From the NCBI GenBank assembly GCA_937949615.1, contig CALEDQ010000018.1:140161-170369 (forward strand): a stretch of 30,209 nt of DNA, written 5' to 3'. Position 1 is the stretch's first letter, and every line of letters starts with the position of its first letter. Made by a program: the position numbers and the translations under genes. This stretch comes from an uncultured bacterium (lineage in GTDB: Bacteria; Muiribacteriota; Ozemobacteria; Ozemobacterales; Ozemobacteraceae). Shown here in pieces: positions 1-8,244 of this stretch. Under the pieces are notes generated by a model, which was given only the letters and a program-made list of their open reading frames with translations, was not told the origin of the DNA and did no database searches.

Positions 1-553
1 GCCACAGACCGTGTTTTCGTGCGATATCGATGACGCCCTGCCAGCTGGCGCGATCGAAAAGATAGCCGGTCGGATTGTGCGGCGTACAGATGAGAATCGC
101 CTTTGTTTTGGAGTTGATCAGGCTTTCGAGCTGATTCAGGTCGGGTGCCCAGCCATTCTTCGAGTTGCCCGGCCAGCGTGTCACGTTGATATTACGTGAT
201 TCAGCAACCGCATAATGCGACTGATACCCCGGAAAATGCACAATCAGATGGTCGCCCGGATTGAGAACCGCATGCATGAAGGCAAAAATCGGTTCTTCGG
301 CGCCGGTAAACACGAGAATCTGACCGGCATCGACCTTTTCATAATGCCGGGCGATTTCAGCACGCAGGGCTGGGTCACCAAGGCTTTCGGTATAACCGAG
401 CCAGACTTTTTTGAATTCTTCTTCGGCGCCCGGTTCAAATGCGAGCAGATCGCCGACACTCATGGCCTCAGGGTCTGAAGACCCCAGCAGATAGCGCGCC
501 GAGAACTCATGCCGGGCAAAATATCTTTCAAGCGCAAAAGGTCGAATCTGCAT
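1..553 (-). CDS. PLP-dependent aminotransferase, class I/II; N-terminal about 184 aa in window, gene continues past the left edge
   Basis: Hand translation of the minus strand from ATG at 553-551 gives MQIRPFALERYFARHEFSARYLLGSSDPEAMSVGDLLAFEPG...ILICTPHNPTGYLFD. The TPHNPTG motif is the class I aminotransferase signature. An AAGGAA Shine-Dalgarno lies 7 nt upstream. The frame is open to position 1. It is absent from the ORF track only because it has no in-window stop. Confidence 0.7.
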   Translation of the reverse strand, partial: MQIRPFALERYFARHEFSARYLLGSSDPEAMSVGDLLAFEPGAEEEFKKVWLGYTESLGDPALRAEIARHYEKVDAGQILVFTGAEEPIFAFMHAVLNPGDHLIVHFPGYQSHYAVAESRNINVTRWPGNSKNGWAPDLNQLESLINSKTKAILICTPHNPTGYLFDRASWQGVIDIARKHGLW

Positions 554-640
554 GATCTGGTTCCTTTCATTATGCCGACAGCTTCGCCGCACCGGCGTCA
601 ACAGTAATTATACCCGCTGTCATATACAAAAACCACATAG

Positions 641-1321
641 ACTATTCTGAAGCTGCTCGGCGAAAAAGGCAGCTGGTATGAAGTTGAGGCGCAGGTGTGT
701 CAGCATTCCGGCTTTATCGAACGCACGGTCTTTTATCTGGCGGGACTGTATTCTGACCAGGGTCGCAAAGGCCAGGATTTTGCTGAGCTGAGACCGGCGA
801 TCGGCATTTCATTGCTTGGCTTCAATCTTTTTAAAAGTTCAGAACGGGTTCAGGAAATTTTTGCGTTGCGGAACACAGATAATTCAATTGTTCTGACCGA
901 TACCCTGATGCTGCATTATATCGATTTGAAGCGCTATCGGCGCAAAAAGCCTTTTGAAAAGCAGACTCCGTTTGAGAAATGGCTGCACCTGCTGAAATTT
1001 TCGAAGGCTTATGCTAGAATGGGGTTGAAGAGCACTGCGGTGTTTCCTGATGAGGAGGAACTGGCCATGGCCCTTGAAGAACATGTAAAACTTAACGCCG
1101 ACGCGGCGATGCGCCTGCGCATGGAAGACCGCGAGCGAGAACGCATCGAAGAGATAATCAAGCGCAGCGCCGCAATCAAAGAAGGCCGCGCCATCGGTAG
1201 CGAAGAAGGCAGAAACGCAGAAAAGCTCGAAATAGCCAGAAAGCTTAAAGCCGAAGGCATGTCAGACGCCATGATTCAAAAAACCACCGGCCTTGGCAAA
1301 GCTGATTTAGATAGGCTGTAA
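641..1321 (+). pseudogene. Rpn/YhgA-family recombination-promoting nuclease / putative transposase (PDDEXK, Transposase_31-like), 5'-truncated fragment
   Basis: The ORF (track 695..1321, open in frame back to 641) matches the middle and C-terminal parts of E. coli RpnA-type proteins. It has the E-x-Q core (YEVEAQ), the TPFEKWLHLL block and the C-terminal GSEEGRNAEKLEIARKLKAEGMSDAMIQKTTGL repeat. Only about 18 codons precede the E-x-Q motif, where intact members have 60-80 residues carrying the catalytic Asp residues. There is no ATG or SD at the 5' end; the track start is GTG. Confidence 0.6.
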
Positions 1322-1350
1322 ACTGGCAAATCTTTAAAGAAGCCATATTT

Positions 1351-2406
1351 TTATTTATTCTGCAGCCTGTTTGCAGCAAATTCAGACAAAACAGGCGCAG
1401 AAGCATATCCCTGGCGTTTTCCCAGCCTGATTATCCGGCCGTCCCAGAATTTGCTGAAGTTGTCATAGCTGACAGTAACAAGGCCACGAAGCGGGTCGGC
1501 CAAATACAGGGTTCTGTTGCTGCTTTTCCAGCCGATTACCGCGATTGCATGCTCAACATTGTAAAAACCTCCATCGACGGTTATCAGAAATGGCAGGTTC
1601 TCTTCGAGCGCAGACGCAAAATCTTTTGAGCTGTAAGCCGCTTCAGTAAAACCGAGATTGCGGCAACCAGCCACCGAGTGCCCGGTCAGCGAACCGATCA
1701 GCAGTGTCTTAACCTTTTTTACCGTCTCATACTCACTGGTTGCTTCACCATAAAGCCGGCAGATGCTTGTCAAAGCTGCCGGAACACAGGTAACCTGCAA
1801 GGTCTGCAACGTCACCCCATGAGAATCGAATTTTTCAGGGCCGACAAAGGGTGCCGCCGGCATGATTATTATCAGTTCTGCAACTGTAGAGCCAAGAAAC
1901 ACAAGAGCCAGAAGAAACTTTGAAATCCGGCGGAAGCCGTCGTCAACGCAGGAATAAGTGCGGTTCGTCAGATAGCCGAGCAGCAGAAGTTTCAGCATAC
2001 AGACGATTAACCAGGCGGGCAGAGCCGGGTCATATTCGATCGCCCGGCTGAAAAAGCCATTTTGCGAAGCAATAAAGCTGGCGATAAAAAAAACGAATGC
2101 CAGAACAGCGGGTAACTTAAGTCGTTCGAGGGAGTTGGAAGCAGCTGCAGCATTGTGAAACAATGCCCGACGCCGCACAAAAAGCATGGTCAGAGCGGCG
2201 ACAGTCAAGCCCAGCAAAGCCTTCAGCCAGAATTCAATATACATGCAGTGATTATAGCACGAAAAGCCGCAAATCATGCAGCAATAAACAATGGTTCCGA
2301 GAGAAAGTGCAGGCAGCGAACCTGCTTCACTACGCGAAAATTGTCTCAAACAGCAGAGACAACTCGAAGATAGCCAGGTCAAAGCTTCGGCAAGTGAGGC
2401 GCCCAT
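1351..2406 (-). CDS. Cys-rich polytopic membrane protein with a possible C-terminal papain-like (C39-like) cysteine peptidase domain
   Basis: A 351-aa ORF. Its N-terminal region is cysteine-dense (CLCCL, YCCMICGFSCYNHC) and embedded in hydrophobic segments. Four or five predicted TM helices follow. The C-terminal about 150 aa contains GHSVAGCRNLGF ... HAIAVIGW ... D spacing reminiscent of a Cys/His papain-fold peptidase. The start codon is not supported by an SD. Confidence 0.5.
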   Translation of the reverse strand: MGASLAEALTWLSSSCLCCLRQFSRSEAGSLPALSLGTIVYCCMICGFSCYNHCMYIEFWLKALLGLTVAALTMLFVRRRALFHNAAAASNSLERLKLPAVLAFVFFIASFIASQNGFFSRAIEYDPALPAWLIVCMLKLLLLGYLTNRTYSCVDDGFRRISKFLLALVFLGSTVAELIIIMPAAPFVGPEKFDSHGVTLQTLQVTCVPAALTSICRLYGEATSEYETVKKVKTLLIGSLTGHSVAGCRNLGFTEAAYSSKDFASALEENLPFLITVDGGFYNVEHAIAVIGWKSSNRTLYLADPLRGLVTVSYDNFSKFWDGRIIRLGKRQGYASAPVLSEFAANRLQNK

Positions 2407-2502
2407 TTTTTGCCGGGCGATAATAATTTGCGCTTACAGCAAAAGCAAAAAGCACTGTTGATGCTCGCAAAAAACTTTTTTGAAAAAATATTTAAAAAAG
2501 TC

Positions 2503-2531
2503 TTGACACTTTGCAGCAAATTGACGATAAT
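2503..2531 (+). promoter_or_regulatory. Near-consensus sigma70-type promoter for the phasin-like gene
   Basis: TTGACA at 2503-2508, a 17-nt spacer, and GATAAT at 2526-2531, in an AT-rich divergent intergenic region. The phasin-like start is at 2612 with an AGGAG SD 9 nt upstream. Confidence 0.6.
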
Positions 2532-2611
2532 AATTTTGCAACGCAGCAATAAGTTAAAACAAAACGACCGCAAAGTCCTAAATTTTTAATCTGAAAACAG
2601 GAGTTTTTAAA

Positions 2612-2926
2612 ATGAACAAATGGATGGAATTTTCAAACGAATACACTCAGCTCATGAAAGACAATTTCCAGGTCATGACCAAATTCTGGCGCGCCAGCAT
2701 GGACCAGACCTCTGGCTACACCAAGAAGAACATGGAACTTTTCTTCGACCACATGAACCGCAATGTCGAATTCATGCACGAAATGTACAACAACACCGCT
2801 GCCTCGAACGAAGAGCTCAAAAAACTCTATCGCGAAAATATTGAAAAATTCAACACCCGCTTCCAGAAGGTTTATGAAGAAACCATCAAGGCCATGACTC
2901 CGAAGCACATGAACGCTGAAAAGTAA
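2612..2926 (+). CDS. Small phasin-like / PHA-granule-associated protein (tentative)
   Basis: A 104-aa ORF with a strong SD and strong promoter. The protein is hydrophilic, helical and Met/Phe/Tyr/Lys-rich, with an N-terminal W-x-x-F/W motif resembling the PhaE/phasin N-terminus. It sits immediately upstream of the phaB-phaC-phaE-phaC-phaA cluster. The assignment is by context and composition only. Confidence 0.5.
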   Translation: MNKWMEFSNEYTQLMKDNFQVMTKFWRASMDQTSGYTKKNMELFFDHMNRNVEFMHEMYNNTAASNEELKKLYRENIEKFNTRFQKVYEETIKAMTPKHMNAEK

Positions 2927-2943
2927 GGTCTGCAGCAAGCCAG

Positions 2944-2982
2944 GGGCCGTTCTGAACACGGCCAGTCCGCCAGGACGGCCCC
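2944..2982 (+). terminator. GC-rich hairpin downstream of the phasin-like gene (terminator-like; no clean U-tract)
   Basis: GGGGCCGTtCTG (2944-2955) pairs with CAGgACGGCCCC (2971-2982) around a 15-nt loop. Weak T-runs follow farther downstream (gcgttttt at about 3020). Confidence 0.35.
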
Positions 2983-3348
2983 GGTTGCAGACTTTGCAAA
3001 GCAGCAAAGCCGCGCCGCGTTTTTCCCCTGATCTGGAGCCTGAGACTGAAACTTGAAAAAGCAGGCCCGCCGCAAGTGAGAAATTTCACAATCGAGATTG
3101 ATCGCAAAGTAAAGTTGATCGCAAGCAGGGCGGTTCTGAGAAAAATTGCGGGGGCGCAGGGTGACAAAGTGGGCGGAAACGTAGAAGTTACAGGCAATTG
3201 CAGGATGAACGACAGAAGGGGCCGGAAACAACAGCAGACGGCCCGCAGGCGCAGGTGCCGCAGTTTTTATCGCGGCAATGCAGAAACAAGAATTTAATCG
3301 AAACGACTTAAAACAGCCGCCGAGAGGTGGCCAGACAGGAGAAACACA

Positions 3349-4098
3349 ATGAAACGAATGACAGGTAAAGTAGCTCTCATCACTGGTGGTGCCGCAGGTA
3401 TCGGTCTCAAGGCCGCAACTATTTTTGCCGAAGAAGGCGCAACCGTTTATGCTCTCGATATCAGCGACAAGGCTCTTGCAGGCCTGGCCGACGTTAAACT
3501 TTCGCCCGAAGCCACCGGCAAAATCATCGGCAAGAAGGTCGATGTATCGAGCCACGCCGACGTTAACAAAGTCGTCGATGAAATTCACGCTGCCGAAGGC
3601 AAAATCGATTGTCTCGTCAACAACGCCGGCATCACTGCTGACGCTACCCTGATGAAGATGACCGAAGAACAGTTCGACCGCGTCATCAAAGTTAACCTCA
3701 AAGGCGTATTTCTGATGGCTCAGGCCTGTGCCGCCAAGATGACCGCAGCCGGCAAAGGCTCGATCGTCAATACTTCCTCGATCGTCGGCGTTCAGGGCAA
3801 CTTTGGCCAGACCAACTATTCTGCTGCCAAAGCCGGCGTCATCGGCATGACCTACACCTGGTCACGCGAACTCGGCCGCAAGGGCGTGCGTGTTAATGCC
3901 GTCGCTCCCGGTTACACCTGGACCGAAATGCTCGCCACCGTTCCCGAAAAGGTTATCAAGATGCTCGAAGAAAAGACCCCGATGCAGCGCCTTGGCCAGC
4001 CCGAAGAAGTTGCCAAGCTTTATCTGTTCCTGGCAAGCGACGAAAGCTCATACATCACCGGTCAGGTTATCGGCGTCGACGGCGGCCTGAAACTCTGA
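3349..4098 (+). CDS. phaB: Acetoacetyl-CoA reductase / 3-oxoacyl reductase, SDR family (PhaB-like by context)
   Basis: 249 aa. Has the TGGAAGIG Rossmann motif, NNAG, the catalytic S...YSAAK triad spacing and the PG motif. An AGGAGA SD lies 6 nt upstream. It is embedded in the PHA cluster. Confidence 0.85.
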   Translation: MKRMTGKVALITGGAAGIGLKAATIFAEEGATVYALDISDKALAGLADVKLSPEATGKIIGKKVDVSSHADVNKVVDEIHAAEGKIDCLVNNAGITADATLMKMTEEQFDRVIKVNLKGVFLMAQACAAKMTAAGKGSIVNTSSIVGVQGNFGQTNYSAAKAGVIGMTYTWSRELGRKGVRVNAVAPGYTWTEMLATVPEKVIKMLEEKTPMQRLGQPEEVAKLYLFLASDESSYITGQVIGVDGGLKL

Positions 4099-4126
4099 TA
4101 AACTAGCCTAGAAAGGTCGGAAGCAA

Positions 4127-5152
4127 ATGATAGCAAACATGGACACCATCGCTCAGCAACTCGATGCGATCAGCGAGCATTACCTGCGTCAGACCGCAGG
4201 CGAGCTCGATACGTATCCGCGCGGCGTCACCCCCAGAGAAGAAGTCTGGCGCGCCGGCAATGTTTCGCTGCTGCGCTTCGAAAGCCCCGAAGGCGTCGAA
4301 GGCCAGCCGATTCTCATTGTCCCGTCACTGATCAACCGCTGGTATGTTCTCGACATCACCGAAGAAGTCAGCTTCATTCGCGAATTTGCCCAGAAACGCC
4401 CGGTTTATCTCATCGACTGGGGTTACCCCGGCGCCGAAGTCGGCCATCTGCCGCTCAGCCACTATTATCACCGCTCGATCAGACGCGCTGTGCGCTTCAT
4501 GTGTCGCGAACACGGCTGTGAAAAGGTCGACATGCTCGGTTACTGCATCGGCGGCACCATGGCATACGCTTTCAGCTGCCTCGAACCAGATATGGTCGAT
4601 CATCTCGTGCTTCTGACCGCCCCGATCGACTTCAGAGATTCCGGCATCTTCGGCACTTACGCCGACCATTTCCCGACTGAAGAATTCAAGCAAAGCATGG
4701 ATTTCATGCCCGGCTGGCTGCTCGCCTTCTCTTTCAATTTCGTGCAGCCGATGGGAACCTGGCAGAAAACGAAAATGTTCAAGGAAAAATTCGAAAGCAA
4801 AGGTTTCATGAAGCTTTACAACGCCATGGAACGCTGGATCGCTGATCCGGTAAGTTACCCCGGCAAAGCTTATTACCACATGCTTACCGAACTTTATAAA
4901 GAAAACCTGCTGAGTCAGGGCAAACTGACGACCGCCGAAGGCCTGCTCGTAGACCCGGCCGCGCGCCGTTCAAAAGCCCTGATTCTCAACGCCGGCAAAG
5001 ATCATATTGCGCCGTTGTGCACCACACAGCTGCCGCAGAGCGACAAGGCACCGGTCAAACAGGTAACGATTCCCTCAGGCCACATCGGCATAACCACCGG
5101 GCGCAACAGCAGAGATGCCAGCAAAAGCGCGCTCGAATTCATAATGAACTAA
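4127..5152 (+). CDS. phaC: Class III-type poly(3-hydroxyalkanoate) synthase catalytic subunit PhaC (paralog 1)
   Basis: 341 aa. Has the lipase box G-Y-C-I-G-G (MLGYCIGGTMAYAF) and the conserved LIVPSLINRWYVLD...VYLIDWGYP block of class III/IV PhaC. Downstream Asp (AGKDHIAP) and His (SGHIGI) candidates are present. Confidence 0.85.
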   Translation: MIANMDTIAQQLDAISEHYLRQTAGELDTYPRGVTPREEVWRAGNVSLLRFESPEGVEGQPILIVPSLINRWYVLDITEEVSFIREFAQKRPVYLIDWGYPGAEVGHLPLSHYYHRSIRRAVRFMCREHGCEKVDMLGYCIGGTMAYAFSCLEPDMVDHLVLLTAPIDFRDSGIFGTYADHFPTEEFKQSMDFMPGWLLAFSFNFVQPMGTWQKTKMFKEKFESKGFMKLYNAMERWIADPVSYPGKAYYHMLTELYKENLLSQGKLTTAEGLLVDPAARRSKALILNAGKDHIAPLCTTQLPQSDKAPVKQVTIPSGHIGITTGRNSRDASKSALEFIMN

Positions 5153-5165
5153 GGAGACTGTAACA

Positions 5166-5522
5166 ATGTTCACCATGGGCGAAGATATGATGAAACAATG
5201 GGCTGAAAACTGGGAAAAGCTGATGGGCGACCAGCTCGAAAAGCTTGTGACCAACGAAAAATTCATCAGTGAAATGTCAAAATCGCTTGCTGCCACCATG
5301 ACCGGCAAAGCGGTTTATTCAAAGATGCTCGACGAACAGATGGCAGCGATGAACCTGCCCTCACGCACCGACATCGTTAAGATCATGCAGAAGCTCACCG
5401 ATATCGAAGAACGCCTCGTCGACCTCACCGAGAAGTTCGAAGATTACGTTGACGCCCAGGGCGACAAGCCGGCTGCCGCAGCCGCCAGCCACGAAGGAAA
5501 AAGCAAAAAACATAAAAAATAG
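5166..5522 (+). CDS. phaE: Minimal PhaE/PhaR-like PHA synthase subunit (118 aa)
   Basis: The N-terminal W-x3-W-x-K motif (MKQWAENWEKLM) and the C-terminal NLPSRTDIVKIMQKLTDIEERLVDL match the conserved N- and C-terminal blocks of PhaE (A. vinosum-type). The roughly 200-aa middle region of canonical PhaE is absent. An AAGGAG SD is present. Confidence 0.6.
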   Translation: MFTMGEDMMKQWAENWEKLMGDQLEKLVTNEKFISEMSKSLAATMTGKAVYSKMLDEQMAAMNLPSRTDIVKIMQKLTDIEERLVDLTEKFEDYVDAQGDKPAAAAASHEGKSKKHKK

Positions 5523-5542
5523 TTCTCTGCTGGACTAAAGCG

Positions 5543-5602
5543 CCTGTCGGTTTTAAAATCGTCATACAGGCAGAACCTGAATAAAATTTTAAAACCGACA
5601 GG
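5543..5602 (+). promoter_or_regulatory. Perfect 17-bp inverted repeat (26-nt spacer) immediately upstream of the phaC2 RBS
   Basis: CCTGTCGGTTTTAAAAT (5543-5559) and ATTTTAAAACCGACAGG (5586-5602) are exact reverse complements. The loop contains a nested CAGG...CCTG mini-stem. The phaC2 SD GAAAGAGAG follows directly at 5603. Confidence 0.5.
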
Positions 5603-5614
5603 AAAGAGAGAACT

Positions 5615-6682
5615 ATGGCCAAAGCAAAAGAGCTCAAAGAGATGCCCGAAGAATACCGCGAGATCGTATCGCGCTCTGTTCTCAAAAGCTATACCGAAGC
5701 TGACCGTCGTCGACTCGGCATGGAACCGACCCGCAAGACCCCGGTTTTCAGACAGGCATCCTGGACCCTCTATCGCTGCGGCGATGACTTTAAATCCGAT
5801 TACAACCCGGTAGTCGTGGTGCCGTCGCTGATCAACCGCAACTATATCATGGACCTGCTGCCGACCCACTCGCTGATCGAACAGCTGAAAGCCTCCGGGC
5901 TCGACGTTTTTCTCATCGACTGGGGCGACCCCGATGCCGGAATGGGCCAGTGCGGCTTCGACCACTACGTCAGCGTCTGGGTGCGCCGCGCCATCCGCCA
6001 GGTTAAACGCCTGACCGGCTGCAAAAAGGTTCAGCTCGCCGGCCAGTGTATCGGCGGCATGATGGCAACGATGTATGCCGCTCACCCCGAGCTGCGCAAA
6101 GACCTCAGCAGCCTGTTTCTGCTGACAGCGCCGATCGATCTCGCCGACTCCGGCCTTCTCGCCACCTGGACCGGTACCGAAGGCTTCGACGTCGAAAAGA
6201 TGACCGCCGCCTATCAGGGCCTCGTGCCCGCCAAGTTCTTTCACGCATCGTTTCCGCTGCTCGACCCGAAAAAGCAGCTGAGCAAATACCGCGGTCTGCT
6301 CGAAAACTTCGAAATGCCGGGCTTCAAACAGATCTGGGAAGCATTAGATATCTGGGGCAGCGACAACGTCGACTTCACCAGACAGGCTTTCATCGAGCTG
6401 ATCAGCACGTTCTATCAGGAAAACGCTTTTTACAAAGCCGAATATACTATCATGGGCCAGCCGGTCGATTTCCGCGATATCGATATTCCGGTGTTGAGCC
6501 TGGTAGCGAGAGACGATCATGTTTTCAATGAAAAGGCCGCCAAAGCCATTCATGAATGCAAGGCCGCGAAAAAAGGAAAATTGGATTACCACGTGATCCC
6601 CGCCGGGCATGTGTCGCTGATTGCGGCCCACCCCGTCAGAATTACGACCTTTGCTCTGATCAAAGAATTTTTGACCAGATAA
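5615..6682 (+). CDS. phaC: Class III-type poly(3-hydroxyalkanoate) synthase catalytic subunit PhaC (paralog 2)
   Basis: 355 aa. Has the lipase box LAGQCIGGMMATMY and the block VVVPSLINRNYIMDL...VFLIDWGDP. Asp/His candidates are RDDHVF and PAGHVSL. It aligns colinearly with paralog 1 by eye but is clearly diverged. Confidence 0.85.
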   Translation: MAKAKELKEMPEEYREIVSRSVLKSYTEADRRRLGMEPTRKTPVFRQASWTLYRCGDDFKSDYNPVVVVPSLINRNYIMDLLPTHSLIEQLKASGLDVFLIDWGDPDAGMGQCGFDHYVSVWVRRAIRQVKRLTGCKKVQLAGQCIGGMMATMYAAHPELRKDLSSLFLLTAPIDLADSGLLATWTGTEGFDVEKMTAAYQGLVPAKFFHASFPLLDPKKQLSKYRGLLENFEMPGFKQIWEALDIWGSDNVDFTRQAFIELISTFYQENAFYKAEYTIMGQPVDFRDIDIPVLSLVARDDHVFNEKAAKAIHECKAAKKGKLDYHVIPAGHVSLIAAHPVRITTFALIKEFLTR

Positions 6683-6703
6683 TACATTCACAAGGAGCAG
6701 AAA

Positions 6704-7888
6704 ATGACTGAAGTATTTATCGTTGGTGCAGCAAGAACCGCAATCGGCGCCCTCATGGGCACTCTCAAGGGCGTTCCCGCCCACAAACTGGGCAGCGTCG
6801 TCATCAAGGCCGCTCTCGAACGCGCCGGTGTGAAGCCCGATCAGATAGATGAAGTAATCATGGGTAACGTGCTGATGGCCGGTCAGGGCCAGGGTCCGGG
6901 CCGCCAGGCTGCCATGGGCGCCGGGATTCCCGAAACCGTTCCTGCCTGGGCAATCAACCAGCTTTGCGGTTCAGGTCTCAAAACCATCGCTCTCGCTGTT
7001 GACGCCATCAGAACCGGTGAGTCTCAGTGTATCGTCGCCGGCGGCATGGAAAGCATGAGCAGCGCCCCTCACCTCGCCAATCTGCGCAACGGCACCGCTC
7101 TCGGCAACGTAAATTTCATAGACTCGACCGTCTGGGACGGCCTGACCGACGTTTTCTCAGGCGAACACATGGGCATGACCGCTGAATGGCTTGCCGATGA
7201 ACTCAAAATCAGCCGCGAAGAAATGGACAAGTTCTCTGCTGAAAGCCAGAAACGCGTTGCCGATGCCTGGGAAGCCGGAAAATTCGATGACGAAATCGTT
7301 CCGGTCGAAATTCCGCAGCGCAAGGGCGACCCGATCATGTTCAAGAAAGACGAACATTTCCGCGTCGGTACAACTTTTGAAACCCTGAGCAAACTGAAGC
7401 CCGCCTTCAAAAAAGACGGCAGCGTCACCGCCGGTAACGCTTCAGGCATCAACGACGGCGCCGCCGCTGTTGTCGTCGCCTCAGCCGAATTTGTTAAAAA
7501 ACACAACCTTAAACCGATCGCCAGAATCGCCGCGCACGCGACCACTGGTCTGAATCCTTCAAGAATGGGTCTTGGCCCGGTTTCTGCAACGCAGAAAGCC
7601 CTTGCCAAAGCCGGCTGGAAAGTCAGCGATCTTGACCGCGTCGAAGCCAACGAAGCTTTCGCCGTTCAGTCGCTCGGCGTCATCAAACAGCTCGGTCTCG
7701 ACCCGGCAAAAACGAATGTCAACGGCGGAGCCATCGCTCTCGGTCACCCCATCGGTGCTTCCGGGGCCCGCGTGCTGGTAACGCTGCTGTATGAAATGAT
7801 GCGTGTAAACGCTGGCAAAGGCCTCGCTACCCTCTGTGTAGGCGGCGGCATGGGTGTTGCCATGGCAGTCGAACGCGTCAAGGCTTGA
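6704..7888 (+). CDS. phaA: Acetyl-CoA C-acetyltransferase (biosynthetic thiolase)
   Basis: 394 aa. Has the thiolase active-site Cys in NQLCGSGLK, the C-terminal [19 protein letters not shown] and [15 protein letters not shown] signatures. An AAGGAG SD lies 6 nt upstream. Confidence 0.9.
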   Translation: MTEVFIVGAARTAIGALMGTLKGVPAHKLGSVVIKAALERAGVKPDQIDEVIMGNVLMAGQGQGPGRQAAMGAGIPETVPAWAINQLCGSGLKTIALAVDAIRTGESQCIVAGGMESMSSAPHLANLRNGTALGNVNFIDSTVWDGLTDVFSGEHMGMTAEWLADELKISREEMDKFSAESQKRVADAWEAGKFDDEIVPVEIPQRKGDPIMFKKDEHFRVGTTFETLSKLKPAFKKDGSVTAGNASGINDGAAAVVVASAEFVKKHNLKPIARIAAHATTGLNPSRMGLGPVSATQKALAKAGWKVSDLDRVEANEAFAVQSLGVIKQLGLDPAKTNVNGGAIALGHPIGASGARVLVTLLYEMMRVNAGKGLATLCVGGGMGVAMAVERVKA

Positions 7889-7904
7889 TTCCTTTCCTTG
7901 CCTC

Positions 7905-7950
7905 TGTGCGGCGTCATTAACCGCACAGACCTTCCGGGCCTGGGGATTCT
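7905..7950 (+). terminator. Rho-independent terminator after phaA
   Basis: An imperfect GC stem (GAC..CCGGG / CCCGG..GTC) at about 7908-7943 is followed by T8 (7943-7950). Confidence 0.5.
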
Positions 7951-8175
7951 TTCCCGGGCTGTCTTTTTTTTAGAGCGATTCATTGATTGACCAATTAGCA
8001 ATTGCGCTTAACTGGTTATCTTTTTAAGGGGCAGCTTCGGCCTATCAGCCGGGTTGCTTTTTCTTCAGCGATTCGCTTCGCTCACAAGCTTCCGAAAAAG
8101 CAATCCCGTCTTCTCGCCTCGCAATTTTGTAATTGAGGATCTCTATATTTAACCAAAGAGTTGTTACTTTTTAGC

Positions 8176-8232
8176 TTGACTTTAAATTCATGTTAAATAG
8201 TTTAATATTAAAGTATTTAATTTTGAATCGAG
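8176..8232 (+). promoter_or_regulatory. AT-rich promoter region with overlapping palindromes upstream of the MarR gene (candidate MarR operator)
   Basis: TTGACT at 8176. TTAAAtagTTTAA (8193-8205) and the perfect 10-bp palindrome TTAATATTAA (8202-8211) lie directly upstream of the MarR-family gene. MarR proteins typically autoregulate via palindromes in their own promoter. Confidence 0.4.
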
Positions 8233-8244
8233 TTGAACTTAAAA

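Noticed and set aside
2872-3588. 238-aa minus-strand ORF, and the 73-aa plus ORF 3076..3297, in the phasin-phaB gap
   Set aside because: The 238-aa ORF runs antisense through the well-supported phaB start and Rossmann motif. Both translations are Cys/Arg-rich nonsense without an SD. The 73-aa ORF starts at GTG with no RBS.
4325-6244. 184-aa and 266-aa minus-strand ORFs inside phaC1 and phaC2
   Set aside because: They are antisense to genes with clear PhaC catalytic motifs. They are low-complexity (Gly/Ala/His-rich) with no start context.
7889-8175. Possible small RNA in the 340-nt phaA-MarR intergenic region (GGGGCAGCTTCGGCC...AGCTTCCGAAAAAGCAATCCCG)
   Set aside because: It has some short complementary segments but no convincing promoter-plus-terminator pair and no recognisable family. 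I cannot support it without covariance or transcript data.
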